Part shown: in pieces, positions 9,465 to 18,520 of the stretch
Layout of the letters: each line of letters opens with the position of its first letter
How positions within the stretch are numbered: position 1 is the stretch's first letter
Assembly: GCA_035501775.1 (NCBI GenBank)
Contig: DATJVM010000034.1
Span: forward strand, 44,651 to 108,650
DNA: 64,000 nucleotides
Source: Gemmatimonadales bacterium
GTDB lineage: Bacteria; Gemmatimonadota; Gemmatimonadetes; Gemmatimonadales; GWC2-71-9
Direction: 5' to 3'
Translations under genes and position numbers: made by a program
The notes under the pieces: generated by a model
What the model saw: the letters and a program-made list of their open reading frames with translations, nothing else
What the model was told of the DNA's origin: nothing
Databases searched by the model: none

Positions 9465-11201
9465 TTAAGATGGCATGAAGACCTCTTGTGAAGGTTCGAC
9501 ACTTCGCGCCGGTACTCTGCTCATGGCGTACTCGGCCAGCGCAGTGATCGTCAGGCTCGGATTCACCCCCGGGTTGGCGGGCATGATGGATCCGTCGATC
9601 ACGTAGAGCCCCGGGAAGCCGTGTACCTGGCAGTCGGGGCCGATGACCCCCTCCCCGGCGTTGCTTCCGAACGGGACTCCTCCGAGGATGTGAGCGGTCA
9701 GCGGGATGTTGAACAGTCCTTCATTGACCGACCCCATGGCGATCCCGCCGGTGCGCTCGGCGAAGGTTCGGGTCACCTGATGGCCGATGTCGATGGAGGT
9801 CGGGATCGTCGCCTCCGGATCGGGTTCCGACACCAGGTCCCGGCGAAAGCCGGTGAACAGGCTGCGCCCCTGACGGAGGCGTATGCGGTTGTCTTCCCAC
9901 TGCATCACCAGAATGATCGTGGTCCGCTCCGCCCAGCCGGGGAGTATGTGGGTCCGAAGGAAGTCCCCTGGGCGGCGGGCGATTTCCAGTATCGACTGCC
10001 CCAACCGGGAAGGAAGACTTCCCGAGGAGATCATGGGACCGCCCAGGAGGCGCATCGCAGAGGACCCGGCGGGGTAGCGCACCGGCTCGACCGTAGTGAC
10101 CGGGTCGGCCCGGAAGATCGAGGTAATCGCGATCCCCTTGGAATAGTCGGTGGTGGCGTGGCGAGCGACGCTGCCCAGGAGGGCCTCGTTATTCGTCCGC
10201 ACCAGCGTACCCAACCGCTCGGAGAGTCCGGCGAGCGAGCGAGTGGTGTCACGGCAGCGGAAGAGCAGGCGCAAGGTCCCGAGGGTTCCGGAGGAGACGA
10301 TGACATTCTTCGCGCGGAGCGGTTCGCCCCTCGGGTGCCACCATCCCGTAGTGCGCCGATAGTGGACCTCGTATCGGGCGCCGTCGGACTGGACGTCCCT
10401 GAGGGGACGGATGTCCCGAACTGTCATCTCGGGGATGATCTCGGCTCCGTAGCTTTCGGCGAAGTGGAGGTAGTTCTTGGGAAGGGTGTTCTTGGCATTG
10501 TGCCGGCAGCCCACCATGCAGGCGCCGCAATACTGGCAGCCGCGTCGGGCGGGACCCTCGCCCCCGAAATAGGGATCGGGAACCTCTCGGCCTTCCTCGC
10601 CCGCCTTGCCGAAGAAGGTGCCGACAGGAACGGGACGAAAGGTGGCGCCCTGTCCCAGTTCATCGGCGATGTGCCGAAGCACCTGGTCGGCCGGGCCAAG
10701 GCGCGGGTTCTCGGTGACGCCGAGCATCCGCTTGGCTGTGGCATAGTGAGGCTCAAGCGCTCGCCGCCAATCGACCGGCCTCTGCCACGCGGGAGAATCG
10801 AAGGCGGCTGGTTCGGGCTCCATCAGGACGTTGGCGTAGCCCAGGCTTCCGCCGCCGACCCCCGCGCCATGGAGAACGAAGACGTTGCGGAACGGGCTGA
10901 TCTGGAGGATGCCGTAGCAGCCGATTGCGGGGGCCCAGAGGTAGCGCGGAAGATTCCAGGTGCTGGTCGCGAAGTCCTCGTCGCGAAAGCGGCGGCCCCG
11001 CTCCAGCACGGCGACGCGGTAGCCCTTTTCCGCCAGGCGCATCGCCGAGACGCTGCCACCGAAGCCCGACCCGACGATGACGTAATCGTAGCTGTGAGTC
11101 ACGCCGAAGCGTAGAGGACGGCCCGGCGCCTCGCAAGCATCCACGGCAACCTTGGACAGTCGGGGTTGGCCGAACGCGCCTCGGGTGATATGATGGCGCA
11201 C
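9465..11201 (-). CDS. GMC-family FAD-dependent oxidoreductase (cholesterol-oxidase-like)
   Basis: FAD motif YDYVIVGSGFGGSVSAMRLAEKG and a C-terminal GMC segment (VIDGSIMPANPGVNP). The start is uncertain: in-frame GTG at 11201 or at 11102. Confidence 0.8.
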   Translation of the reverse strand: MRHHITRGAFGQPRLSKVAVDACEAPGRPLRFGVTHSYDYVIVGSGFGGSVSAMRLAEKGYRVAVLERGRRFRDEDFATSTWNLPRYLWAPAIGCYGILQISPFRNVFVLHGAGVGGGSLGYANVLMEPEPAAFDSPAWQRPVDWRRALEPHYATAKRMLGVTENPRLGPADQVLRHIADELGQGATFRPVPVGTFFGKAGEEGREVPDPYFGGEGPARRGCQYCGACMVGCRHNAKNTLPKNYLHFAESYGAEIIPEMTVRDIRPLRDVQSDGARYEVHYRRTTGWWHPRGEPLRAKNVIVSSGTLGTLRLLFRCRDTTRSLAGLSERLGTLVRTNNEALLGSVARHATTDYSKGIAITSIFRADPVTTVEPVRYPAGSSAMRLLGGPMISSGSLPSRLGQSILEIARRPGDFLRTHILPGWAERTTIILVMQWEDNRIRLRQGRSLFTGFRRDLVSEPDPEATIPTSIDIGHQVTRTFAERTGGIAMGSVNEGLFNIPLTAHILGGVPFGSNAGEGVIGPDCQVHGFPGLYVIDGSIMPANPGVNPSLTITALAEYAMSRVPARSVEPSQEVFMPS

Positions 11202-11221
11202 TTCTCGAGGAACGGTTCTTC

Positions 11222-12115
11222 ATGAAGCTGCTTGACGGCCTGGCGAGACTGCAACTGGTAGTGGTCACCGGCAAAGGCGGTGTCGGCAAGACCACCGTCG
11301 CCGCCGCGCTGGCGCGGCTGCTGGCCGAGGGCGGCCGGCGGACTTTGCTCCTGGAGATCGACCCGCGTGAGAGCCTGCACCAGCTGCTGGGCACCGAGCC
11401 CTCGGGCGGGAAAATTGTGAAGGTGGGGCCCAGGCTTGCGGTGCAGAACCTCCAGGCGCAAGCGGTGATCGAGGGGCTGGTTCGAGAGAAGGTCCGGGTC
11501 GGCGTGCTGGCGAAGAAGATCGTGGCGAGTCCCGTCTTCCAGCATTTCACCGAAGGCGCACCGGGACTCAAGGAAATGGCCATACTCGGATACGCGCTGC
11601 GGACGGTGAAGGGGGAGTACCGGCACCGGGCGGACGTGGTGGTGCTCGATGCCCCCGCCACGGGCCATGGCGCGTCGATGCTCTCCGCGCCCCTGCTCCT
11701 CGCCGAGGCGATAGAGGGCGGGCAGTTGGGCGAGATGGCTCAGGATCTGGCCGGCCTCATCGCCGATCCGCGCCGCTGCGGGGTGGTGCTCACCACCCTG
11801 GCCGAGGAGATGCCGGTGCAGGAGCTCGTCGAGTTGGTCACGCTGCTGCGCGAACGCATGGGGCGTCCACCGGAGCTGGTCGTCGCCAATGCGCTCTATC
11901 CACCTTTTCCCGCGAACGCGCCGGCGCCCCGAAGCGGCGCCTTGACGGAAACCCTCGCTCTCTGGGAGCAGCGGCGGGCGGTAAACGAGCGAGAGCTGGC
12001 GCGACTGGGGCAGGCGTGGAAGGGTCCCCTGGTCGAGTTGCCACTCCTCCCGGTGGACCGCGGTCCGATGCTGCTGGCCCAGGTCGCCGACGCCCTGGGC
12101 GAGGCCCTGTCATGA
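11222..12115 (+). CDS. ArsA/Get3-family P-loop ATPase, half-size subunit 1
   Basis: Deviant Walker A VVTGKGGVGKTTVAAALA and switch II VVLDAPATGHG. Confidence 0.85.
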   Translation: MKLLDGLARLQLVVVTGKGGVGKTTVAAALARLLAEGGRRTLLLEIDPRESLHQLLGTEPSGGKIVKVGPRLAVQNLQAQAVIEGLVREKVRVGVLAKKIVASPVFQHFTEGAPGLKEMAILGYALRTVKGEYRHRADVVVLDAPATGHGASMLSAPLLLAEAIEGGQLGEMAQDLAGLIADPRRCGVVLTTLAEEMPVQELVELVTLLRERMGRPPELVVANALYPPFPANAPAPRSGALTETLALWEQRRAVNERELARLGQAWKGPLVELPLLPVDRGPMLLAQVADALGEALS

Positions 12116-13170
12116 GCCTCAAGAGCCTGGACCGCGAGCTGCTGGTAGTGGTCGGCGCGGGCGGCGTCGGCAAGACCACCCTGGCTGCGGCCCTCGGCCT
12201 CCAGTCGGCGAAGGCCGGGGCGGACACGCTGGTGATGACCTTCGATCCCTCCTTGCGGCTCAAAGATGCCCTCGGCGTCGGCGAAGAGGCCAAGGAACGG
12301 CCCGCAATCGTGAAGGCAGGGACGAAGGGTCGCCTGGAGGTTGCCCTGCTCGATGCGGGAACCACCTTCGACCGCCTCATCCGGCGCTACGCTCCGGATG
12401 CCGCCGCGGCCGAGCGGATCTTCTCCAACCGATTCTACCGGGACCTGGCCGGGAATCTCGCCGGGATCCTCGAATACATGGCCGTGGAACGGCTGTTCGA
12501 GGTTCAATCGGAGCGCCGCTACGCCCGGATCATCCTCGACACGCCCCCGACCCGGCAGGCGCTCGACTTTCTCGAAGCACCGGACCGGATCGTGAATTTC
12601 CTCGACAGCGGGGCGATCCGCATCGCCCTCAAACCGTGGTGGGAGCAGGGAGGCGGGTTGCGGGGGATGCCGATGCGGCTCGCGGCGAAGGGCGTCGAGG
12701 AGATCGCGGATCGGATCATCGGCATGCGGTTGCTCGGCGACATGCTCGAGTTCTTTCGCGCCTTTGTTCCCCTGTACGACGGCTTCCGGGAGCGGGCGGA
12801 AGAGGTACGGAAGCTGCTGCGGGCTCCGGAGACACTTTTCGTTCTGGTGAGCGGCCCCGGGGCGGATCGGATCCCCGACACACTCTTCTTTGCGCGGAAG
12901 CTGGCGGAGAGGGGTCATCACCTCGGTCCCATCGTCGTCAACCAGGTCCACCCCGAGGCCCCAGCGCCTGGCGCGCCGGGGCCGCTCGCCGCGGGGCTGG
13001 CCCTGTTTCACTTCCTCGGCCAGCGGGATCGAGAGGGGGTGGAGCGACTGCGGCGGCTGCTGTCCAGAGGGGAGCCCCTGCTTGCCGTTCCGCTCGCCGC
13101 CACTCCGCCGACCGACCTCCCGAGCCTGACGAGTCTCGGCGCGACCCTGCTCGCGCAGCTCCCCGGTTAA
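12112..13170 (+). CDS. ArsA/Get3-family P-loop ATPase, half-size subunit 2 (divergent motifs)
   Basis: VVVGAGGVGKTTLAAALG. The switch II position reads IILDTPPTRQA (no GH). ATGA overlap with subunit 1 at 12112-12115. Confidence 0.8.
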   Translation: MSLKSLDRELLVVVGAGGVGKTTLAAALGLQSAKAGADTLVMTFDPSLRLKDALGVGEEAKERPAIVKAGTKGRLEVALLDAGTTFDRLIRRYAPDAAAAERIFSNRFYRDLAGNLAGILEYMAVERLFEVQSERRYARIILDTPPTRQALDFLEAPDRIVNFLDSGAIRIALKPWWEQGGGLRGMPMRLAAKGVEEIADRIIGMRLLGDMLEFFRAFVPLYDGFRERAEEVRKLLRAPETLFVLVSGPGADRIPDTLFFARKLAERGHHLGPIVVNQVHPEAPAPGAPGPLAAGLALFHFLGQRDREGVERLRRLLSRGEPLLAVPLAATPPTDLPSLTSLGATLLAQLPG

Positions 13171-13200
13171 GGGCCCTTTCAGCCGGACTTCACTGGTTCT

Positions 13201-13248
13201 TTACCGCATTGCGGCAGCGCCATCTTGACTTTTTACCGCAATGCGGTA
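13201..13248. promoter_or_regulatory. two copies of a TTACCGCA-N-TGCGG palindromic motif (candidate PhaR operator)
   Basis: TTACCGCATTGCGGCA (13201-13216) and TTACCGCAATGCGGTA (13233-13248). The centres are about 32 bp apart, and the second copy overlaps the -10 box. Confidence 0.45.
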
Positions 13249-13252
13249 TACT
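13225..13252 (+). promoter_or_regulatory. sigma70-like promoter of the phaR-like gene
   Basis: TTGACT (13225-13230), a 16-nt spacer, then TATACT (13247-13252), in an AT-enriched patch. Confidence 0.5.
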
Positions 13253-13277
13253 GGCCATGCCTGAACGGGAGATCGCT

Positions 13278-13757
13278 ATGATCCGGCTCATCAAACGGTA
13301 CGGCGGCGGGAGCCGCAAGCTCTATGACACTGAGGAGAGCCGATACGTCTCGCTGGATGAGATTTCCGCCTGGATTCGGGCCGGGCAAGAGTTGCAGGTT
13401 GTGGATAGTGGCACGGGGGAAGATGTCACTGCGCAAACGCTGGCGCAGATCATTTATGAGGACCACAAGCGTGGTGATTCGTTTCTACCCACCGAGTTCC
13501 TTCACGATGTCATCCGCCGGAGCGGCCGTGTCATCGCCGGCGGGGTAGAGCAGATGCAGGCCGGCGTGGATCGGCTGGTTCGCGCGTCGGTGGACCGGAT
13601 CACCCCGGTCGGAGGGATGCAGGAGGAGCTGGATCTGCTGCGGGAACGGCTGGCGGAGTTGGAAGCCTCGCTCGTGGAACTGGAGAGCGACGAAGCACCG
13701 AAGGCGAAGGGCCGCAAGCCGCAGAAACCGAAGCGGAGGGTCGCTCGGCGCGCGTAG
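13278..13757 (+). CDS. phaR: PHA/PHB-accumulation regulator (PhaR-like DNA-binding protein)
   Basis: N-terminus MIRLIKRYGGGSRKLYDTEESRYVSLDEI is typical of the PhaR DNA-binding domain. GGGAG lies 7 nt upstream of ATG 13278. The alternative ATG at 13257 sits only 5 nt after the -10 box. Confidence 0.8.
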   Translation: MIRLIKRYGGGSRKLYDTEESRYVSLDEISAWIRAGQELQVVDSGTGEDVTAQTLAQIIYEDHKRGDSFLPTEFLHDVIRRSGRVIAGGVEQMQAGVDRLVRASVDRITPVGGMQEELDLLRERLAELEASLVELESDEAPKAKGRKPQKPKRRVARRA

Positions 13758-13818
13758 TCGCAACAGTCGCAGTCCGTTAGTATCCCCGGTCCTCGGGACC
13801 GGCAACCAGGAGGAGAGT

Positions 13819-14238
13819 ATGGCGGCAAAGAAGAACGGCAAGAAGACCCAGACGGTCCCGATGCTCAAGGAGTCGGCGCATGATATCTGGCTGGCCGGGC
13901 TGGGCGCTTTCGCGCTGGCCGGGGAAGAGGGTGGCCGGCTGTTCCGGCAACTGGTCAAGCGGGGCGAGGGGATGGAGAAGGTGAACAAGACGCGGATCCA
14001 GAAGCTGGCCTCGCGGGCCGAGAGCCTGCAGGGTGATGCGCGGCAGGCGGTGGCCCGGCTGGCCACGCCGATCGAAGCCGGCATGACCAACGCCATGCAC
14101 CGTCTCGGGGTCCCGACTCGCAAGGAGATCGCGACCCTGACCAAGCGGGTCGAGGAGCTGACCCGGGTGGTGGCGAAGTCGAAGAGCAAGGCCCGCAAGA
14201 CCCGGCGAGCGCCGAAGGCCGAGACGGTCAGCGTCTGA
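13819..14238 (+). CDS. phasin-family granule-associated protein
   Basis: KESAHDIWLAGLGAFALAGEEGGRLFRQLVKRGE...GVPTRKEIATLTKRVEEL matches the phasin/PhaF-like pattern. AGGAGG Shine-Dalgarno sequence upstream. Confidence 0.8.
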   Translation: MAAKKNGKKTQTVPMLKESAHDIWLAGLGAFALAGEEGGRLFRQLVKRGEGMEKVNKTRIQKLASRAESLQGDARQAVARLATPIEAGMTNAMHRLGVPTRKEIATLTKRVEELTRVVAKSKSKARKTRRAPKAETVSV

Positions 14239-14250
14239 TCGGAGGCAGCC

Positions 14251-15462
14251 ATGGCCACCGCGCGTCGCGGTCGGCGGGGACACCGGCTGGGGCTCGCCTT
14301 GGCCGGCGGGGGAGCGGAGGGCGCGGTCTACGAGATCGGCGCCCTTCGCGCCCTCGAGGAAGCGATTGAAGGACTCGATCTCAACACAATCCATGTCTAT
14401 GTCGGGGTGAGCGCGGGCGCGTTCGTGGCCGCGGCGCTCGCGAACGGACAAACCACGAGCCAGCTGGTGCGTGGACTCGTCAAGCGGGTACCCGGCGAGA
14501 ATCCCTACGATGCGTGGACGTTCTTCACGCCGGCGTACGGGGATTGGGTGCGGCGGGGGATTCGGGTGCCCGCCCTGGCGGGAGACCTGCTCCTGCAGGG
14601 GCTTCGCGAGCCCTGGACCGTCACCCGGTCGCTGCTGAGGCTCTCCCGCGTGCTCCCGCTCGGTCTGTTCGATAACGAGCCGATTCGCCGGTTCCTGGCC
14701 CGCGCATTCTCCCGTCCGGGGCGCACGGACGATTTTCGGCGACTGAGGCAGAAACTGTTTGTCGTCGCGGCGGATCTGGAAGCCGGGGTCCCGATCGTCT
14801 TTGGCCGGGATGGCTGGGACCACATCCCGATTTCAACGGCTGTCCAGGCCAGTACGGCGGTGCCCGGGGTATACTCGCCGGTGGAGATCGAGGGCAGGCT
14901 GTGTGTGGACGGGGTGCTGCTCAAGACCGTGCACGCCTCGGTCGCGCTGGAGGAAGGGGCAGATCTATTGCTGTGCGTCAACCCGCTGGTGCCGGTAGAT
15001 GTTGCGGCGGGAGAGCAGCGCGGGGCACTCCGGCCCGGATCGCTGGTCCGGTACGGTCTCCCCGCGATCATGTCGCAGACCTTCCGGACCCTGATCCATT
15101 CGCGGATGGTCGTGGGAATGGCCCGGTACCGGAGCCGCTTCCCCAGGGCCGACGTGGCGTTGTTCGAGCCCGATCGCGACGAATACCGCCTGTTCTTCAG
15201 CAACGTGTTCAGCTTCCGGGCTCGGCGGGAGATCTGCGAGATCGGCTACCGGGCGACCCGGCGCGATCTCTGGCGCCGGCGGGCCGTGCTCGCCCCGATG
15301 TTTCGCCGTCATGGGCTGAGGCTCCGGGAGGAGCGGCTCCGCGATCTGGACCGGAGTGTGTGGGATGGAGTGGGGCTGGGTCACGCCGAGCGCGGCGCCC
15401 CCGTCAGCGCTCAGCTGGCGGAGGCCCTCACACGCCTGGAAGCTTCATTGGCGACGAGGTAG
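14251..15462 (+). CDS. patatin-like phospholipase
   Basis: Oxyanion motif LAGGGAEGAVYEIGAL, nucleophile motif GVSAGA, catalytic Asp context CVDGVL. Confidence 0.85.
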   Translation: MATARRGRRGHRLGLALAGGGAEGAVYEIGALRALEEAIEGLDLNTIHVYVGVSAGAFVAAALANGQTTSQLVRGLVKRVPGENPYDAWTFFTPAYGDWVRRGIRVPALAGDLLLQGLREPWTVTRSLLRLSRVLPLGLFDNEPIRRFLARAFSRPGRTDDFRRLRQKLFVVAADLEAGVPIVFGRDGWDHIPISTAVQASTAVPGVYSPVEIEGRLCVDGVLLKTVHASVALEEGADLLLCVNPLVPVDVAAGEQRGALRPGSLVRYGLPAIMSQTFRTLIHSRMVVGMARYRSRFPRADVALFEPDRDEYRLFFSNVFSFRARREICEIGYRATRRDLWRRRAVLAPMFRRHGLRLREERLRDLDRSVWDGVGLGHAERGAPVSAQLAEALTRLEASLATR

Positions 15463-15465
15463 AGC

Positions 15466-16755
15466 CTAGACGGCGCGCAGGGCCTCGAACTCCCGCTCGA
15501 ACGCATGGACGAGTTCGAGCGGGTCCGGCACCAGCACGGTATCCGCCAGCACGCCGACCTGCACCTTGCCCGCAAAGCTCAGGATCGAAATGCCCACGCC
15601 GATGTTGGCGCGCTGCGGGACCCAGAACATCATGCTCCGCACCCGCCGGCCGGCGACCGTGATCTCGCGCTGGGGTCCGGGGACGTTGGTCACGACCGCG
15701 GTGCACTTGTTGGCCAGAAAGTCGATCAGGCCGCGACTGACTCCCTGCGGGAGCACGGTGAGCAGCGCCCGCTGGATGCCGTAGACCACGATCGGCACCA
15801 CCGATCGCTTGAGATCATCCATTGCGGCCTTCACAGCGCGAACCCGGGTTTCGAGCGACGCAATGCCGGCCGGCAGCTCCAGCGGCACGGCCGCAAAGCG
15901 GTTGTCCAGAGTCAGCGGTTCGTCGGCGGGACGGATGTTCACCGGCATCGACACCCGCAGGCGGTGGAGGATCTGACCCGAACGCTGCTCCACATAGGCG
16001 CTGAGCGCTCCTGACACCAGGGCCATCAGGACATCGTTCACCGTGGCGTCGAGCCGCTGCCGAGCCCGTTTCACCACGGCGAGATCCAGAGGGGCGGTCC
16101 AGGCGACCTGCTTGCGCCCGGAGACCCTGGGTCCATGGAGGGCGTGACGATCGGGGATCCACAACATCCGCTTGAGCAGGATGCCGGGCGCGGCCAGCGG
16201 GATGGAGAGCGCCTTGAGGATACCGCGACCGGGGGCGCCCGCCGCCGGCCGTATCCCGCCCTTGGGAGGGGCTGCCCCGTGCTCCGCGGTCATCTCCTCC
16301 ATCAGGCTGAACATCACCGACAGCAGCGATACTCCATCCGCGATCGTATGATGAATCCGGGCAATGACCGCGGTCGCGCCGTCCTCGAAGTCTTCTACCA
16401 CCTGGAACTGCCAGCGGGGCCGGTCATCGGGAAGCGGGAGTGAGGCCTCGGCCCCGACGTAGGCCCGCAACTTGGCAGTGGTATTCAGGTCCGGGTCCCG
16501 GGCCGGGATGATCTGGCGACGGATGTCGAAGCCGGGGTCCTCTTCCCAGTGCGGGGTGCCGGCGACATGCACGATCCGCTGGCGGAGCCTGGCAAATCGC
16601 TCGCCGCCCCCGGCCTCCATCACCCGATGGCGGAAGGTGTCGCGGAAGGTCTCCAGGTCCATCCGGTCGGTCGTGAAGATCGCGTTGATCACCATCAGGT
16701 TGGTGGCGGAGTCCTGCAGCCACATCGCGTCGTTGCTGGCAATGCGGGCCCGCAT
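15466..16755 (-). CDS. wax ester synthase / diacylglycerol acyltransferase (WS/DGAT)
   Basis: Active-site HHxxxDG present as IHHTIADGVS. ATG at 16755 gives an N-terminus (MRARIASNDAMWL) typical of the family. Confidence 0.85.
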   Translation of the reverse strand: MRARIASNDAMWLQDSATNLMVINAIFTTDRMDLETFRDTFRHRVMEAGGGERFARLRQRIVHVAGTPHWEEDPGFDIRRQIIPARDPDLNTTAKLRAYVGAEASLPLPDDRPRWQFQVVEDFEDGATAVIARIHHTIADGVSLLSVMFSLMEEMTAEHGAAPPKGGIRPAAGAPGRGILKALSIPLAAPGILLKRMLWIPDRHALHGPRVSGRKQVAWTAPLDLAVVKRARQRLDATVNDVLMALVSGALSAYVEQRSGQILHRLRVSMPVNIRPADEPLTLDNRFAAVPLELPAGIASLETRVRAVKAAMDDLKRSVVPIVVYGIQRALLTVLPQGVSRGLIDFLANKCTAVVTNVPGPQREITVAGRRVRSMMFWVPQRANIGVGISILSFAGKVQVGVLADTVLVPDPLELVHAFEREFEALRAV

Positions 16756-16834
16756 GCTAACCCTCCTCCTGCCCGCCGCGGAGCGGGGGTGCCATCTGTG
16801 GGCGGCGCCTGACGGAGAGTGCAAGCAGCATTTG

Positions 16835-18520
16835 CTAACTCCGCCGCACAGCGAGGAAGAAGGCGATGACAAACAGCGCGACCCAGACGGGCCAGGGGGC
16901 GCCGAAACCCATCGAGATGGCGGCTGCCACCAGGCACGACCCGGCGATCAGGGTGCCGCGGAGGCCGGAGAGCGGGTTCTGCGGCGGCTGCCGCGCGACT
17001 CGCTCCAGCACGCGCAGGCCATCGGAGACCAGCAGCGGCATCTTCGCCATCGCGTCGACCAGGTCGGGCGCCCCGCGCATCCCCTCGGTCAGCAGGCGGA
17101 GCGGACTGAACTGGTGAATGAACAGGGTGCGGATGTGCCGCTTCGAGACTTCCGCGACATCGAAGCCAGGGAGCAGCACGTGTCCGACGCCCTCGAATGT
17201 CACGAGGGCCTTGACCATCAGGACCAGCTCGACCGGAAAGTACATTCCGTACTGGGCCCCGCGCGAAAGTGAGTCGAGGATCAACTGGCCGAGGGAGTAC
17301 TCCTCGAAGCTGGAGGCCCGTTTCCAGCGATTGGAGATCTCGGTCGCCTCGCGGCGGAAGCCATTGGGGTTGGCGCCGGGACCGGGAGTCGCGATCGCGG
17401 TGAGATACCGCGCGGCGTTCTCGGCATCACCCATCACCAGCGCGAAGTAGTAGTAGAGGAGGGCCCGCCGCAGCTCCTCGTCCAGCCGTCCGACCATACC
17501 CAGGTCGATGAAGCCGACTTTGGGGCCGGGGAGGATGAGCAGATTGCCGGGATGCAGATCGGCGTGAAAGAAACCGTCCTTGTACAGCATCCGGATGATG
17601 GCGGCGGCGCCGAGATCGGTCAGGTGGCGCCGTTGGTCCTCCGGTAGTTCCTGCGCCTCGGGCGAGTCGGGCGCGATCCCGTCAAAGAACTCCATGCAGA
17701 GCACGCTGTGCCCGCTGTATTCCCGGTAGATCTCGGGAAAAACGACATCCGGGACATCGGCGAAGTTGGCCGCGAAGATCTCCGCGTTGTCGGCTTCTCG
17801 GCGCAGGTCGACTTCCCGCAGGGTGTAATCGCAGAACTCATTCACCAGCTGCCGCGGCTGGTAGCGGGGGATGATCCCCTGAAGGATGCTGCCGAGCATC
17901 CGGAGCAGCCGGGAGTCGCGCTCAAGGGTTTCCCGGATTCCGGGCTTGACCACCTTGAGGATGACTGGTGTCCCGTCGGCGGTCGTGGCGCGGTGGGTCT
18001 GGCCAATCGAGGCCGATCCCAGGGGCACCGGATCGATCTGCAGGAACATCGCGTGAATCGGTCGCTTCAGGTCCTCCTCGATGATCTCCACCAGCACCGA
18101 GAGCGGCACCACCGGCAGGCGGTTGAGGAGATGCTTGAGTTCGTCGGTGATGGGGCGCGGAAGCAAATCCTCACGCAGACTCAGGATCTGGCCCAGCTTG
18201 ATGTATGTGGGGCCGAGACGCTCCAGCCGCCGCCTCAACTGCTCGGGAAATGGCAGCGGGCGGAGCTCCCGGTCCACGAACGGGGCCGTTGTCCATGCCA
18301 CCATCCGGAGCAGCAGGAACTTGACACCCCGGCCGGTACCGTTCTCCCGCCGGGTCCGGACCTGCGCGGCGAGACCGCCAAACAGGAGACCCAGGAAGTG
18401 TCGCCACGTGGTCAGCAGCCGGCGCAGCAGTCCCTGGGGGGGCCGGAGCCGCATGACCTCGAAGCCCCGCTCGCGGAGGGCCTGCTCTTCCGCTGCCGCG
18501 GGCTCAGCGATTGCGCCCAT
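16835..18520 (-). CDS. ABC1/UbiB-family atypical kinase with C-terminal TM helices
   Basis: Motifs ASIGQTHRA and FFHADLHPGNLL; C-terminal hydrophobic helices. The start may instead be at 18454. Confidence 0.85.
   Translation of the reverse strand: MGAIAEPAAAEEQALRERGFEVMRLRPPQGLLRRLLTTWRHFLGLLFGGLAAQVRTRRENGTGRGVKFLLLRMVAWTTAPFVDRELRPLPFPEQLRRRLERLGPTYIKLGQILSLREDLLPRPITDELKHLLNRLPVVPLSVLVEIIEEDLKRPIHAMFLQIDPVPLGSASIGQTHRATTADGTPVILKVVKPGIRETLERDSRLLRMLGSILQGIIPRYQPRQLVNEFCDYTLREVDLRREADNAEIFAANFADVPDVVFPEIYREYSGHSVLCMEFFDGIAPDSPEAQELPEDQRRHLTDLGAAAIIRMLYKDGFFHADLHPGNLLILPGPKVGFIDLGMVGRLDEELRRALLYYYFALVMGDAENAARYLTAIATPGPGANPNGFRREATEISNRWKRASSFEEYSLGQLILDSLSRGAQYGMYFPVELVLMVKALVTFEGVGHVLLPGFDVAEVSKRHIRTLFIHQFSPLRLLTEGMRGAPDLVDAMAKMPLLVSDGLRVLERVARQPPQNPLSGLRGTLIAGSCLVAAAISMGFGAPWPVWVALFVIAFFLAVRRS

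Noticed and set aside
11222-13170. Arsenite-efflux ATPase (ars operon).
   Set aside because: No arsR/arsB/acr3/arsC/arsD is in the neighbourhood. The genes are half-size and split, with a degenerate second subunit. They were annotated generically as ArsA/Get3-family.
13758-13818. Hairpin CCGGTCC-TCG-GGACCGG between phaR and the phasin gene as an intrinsic terminator.
   Set aside because: No U-tract follows it; the sequence runs straight into the AGGAGG Shine-Dalgarno of the phasin gene. It may be a processing or attenuation element, but the evidence is insufficient to call a terminator.
14251-15462. Patatin genes (this one and the one at 60155..61021) as CBASS-type phospholipase effectors.
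   Set aside because: No CD-NTase/cyclase, SAVED/STING or other signalling gene is adjacent. The neighbours are lipid-metabolism genes (phasin, WS/DGAT, thioesterase).
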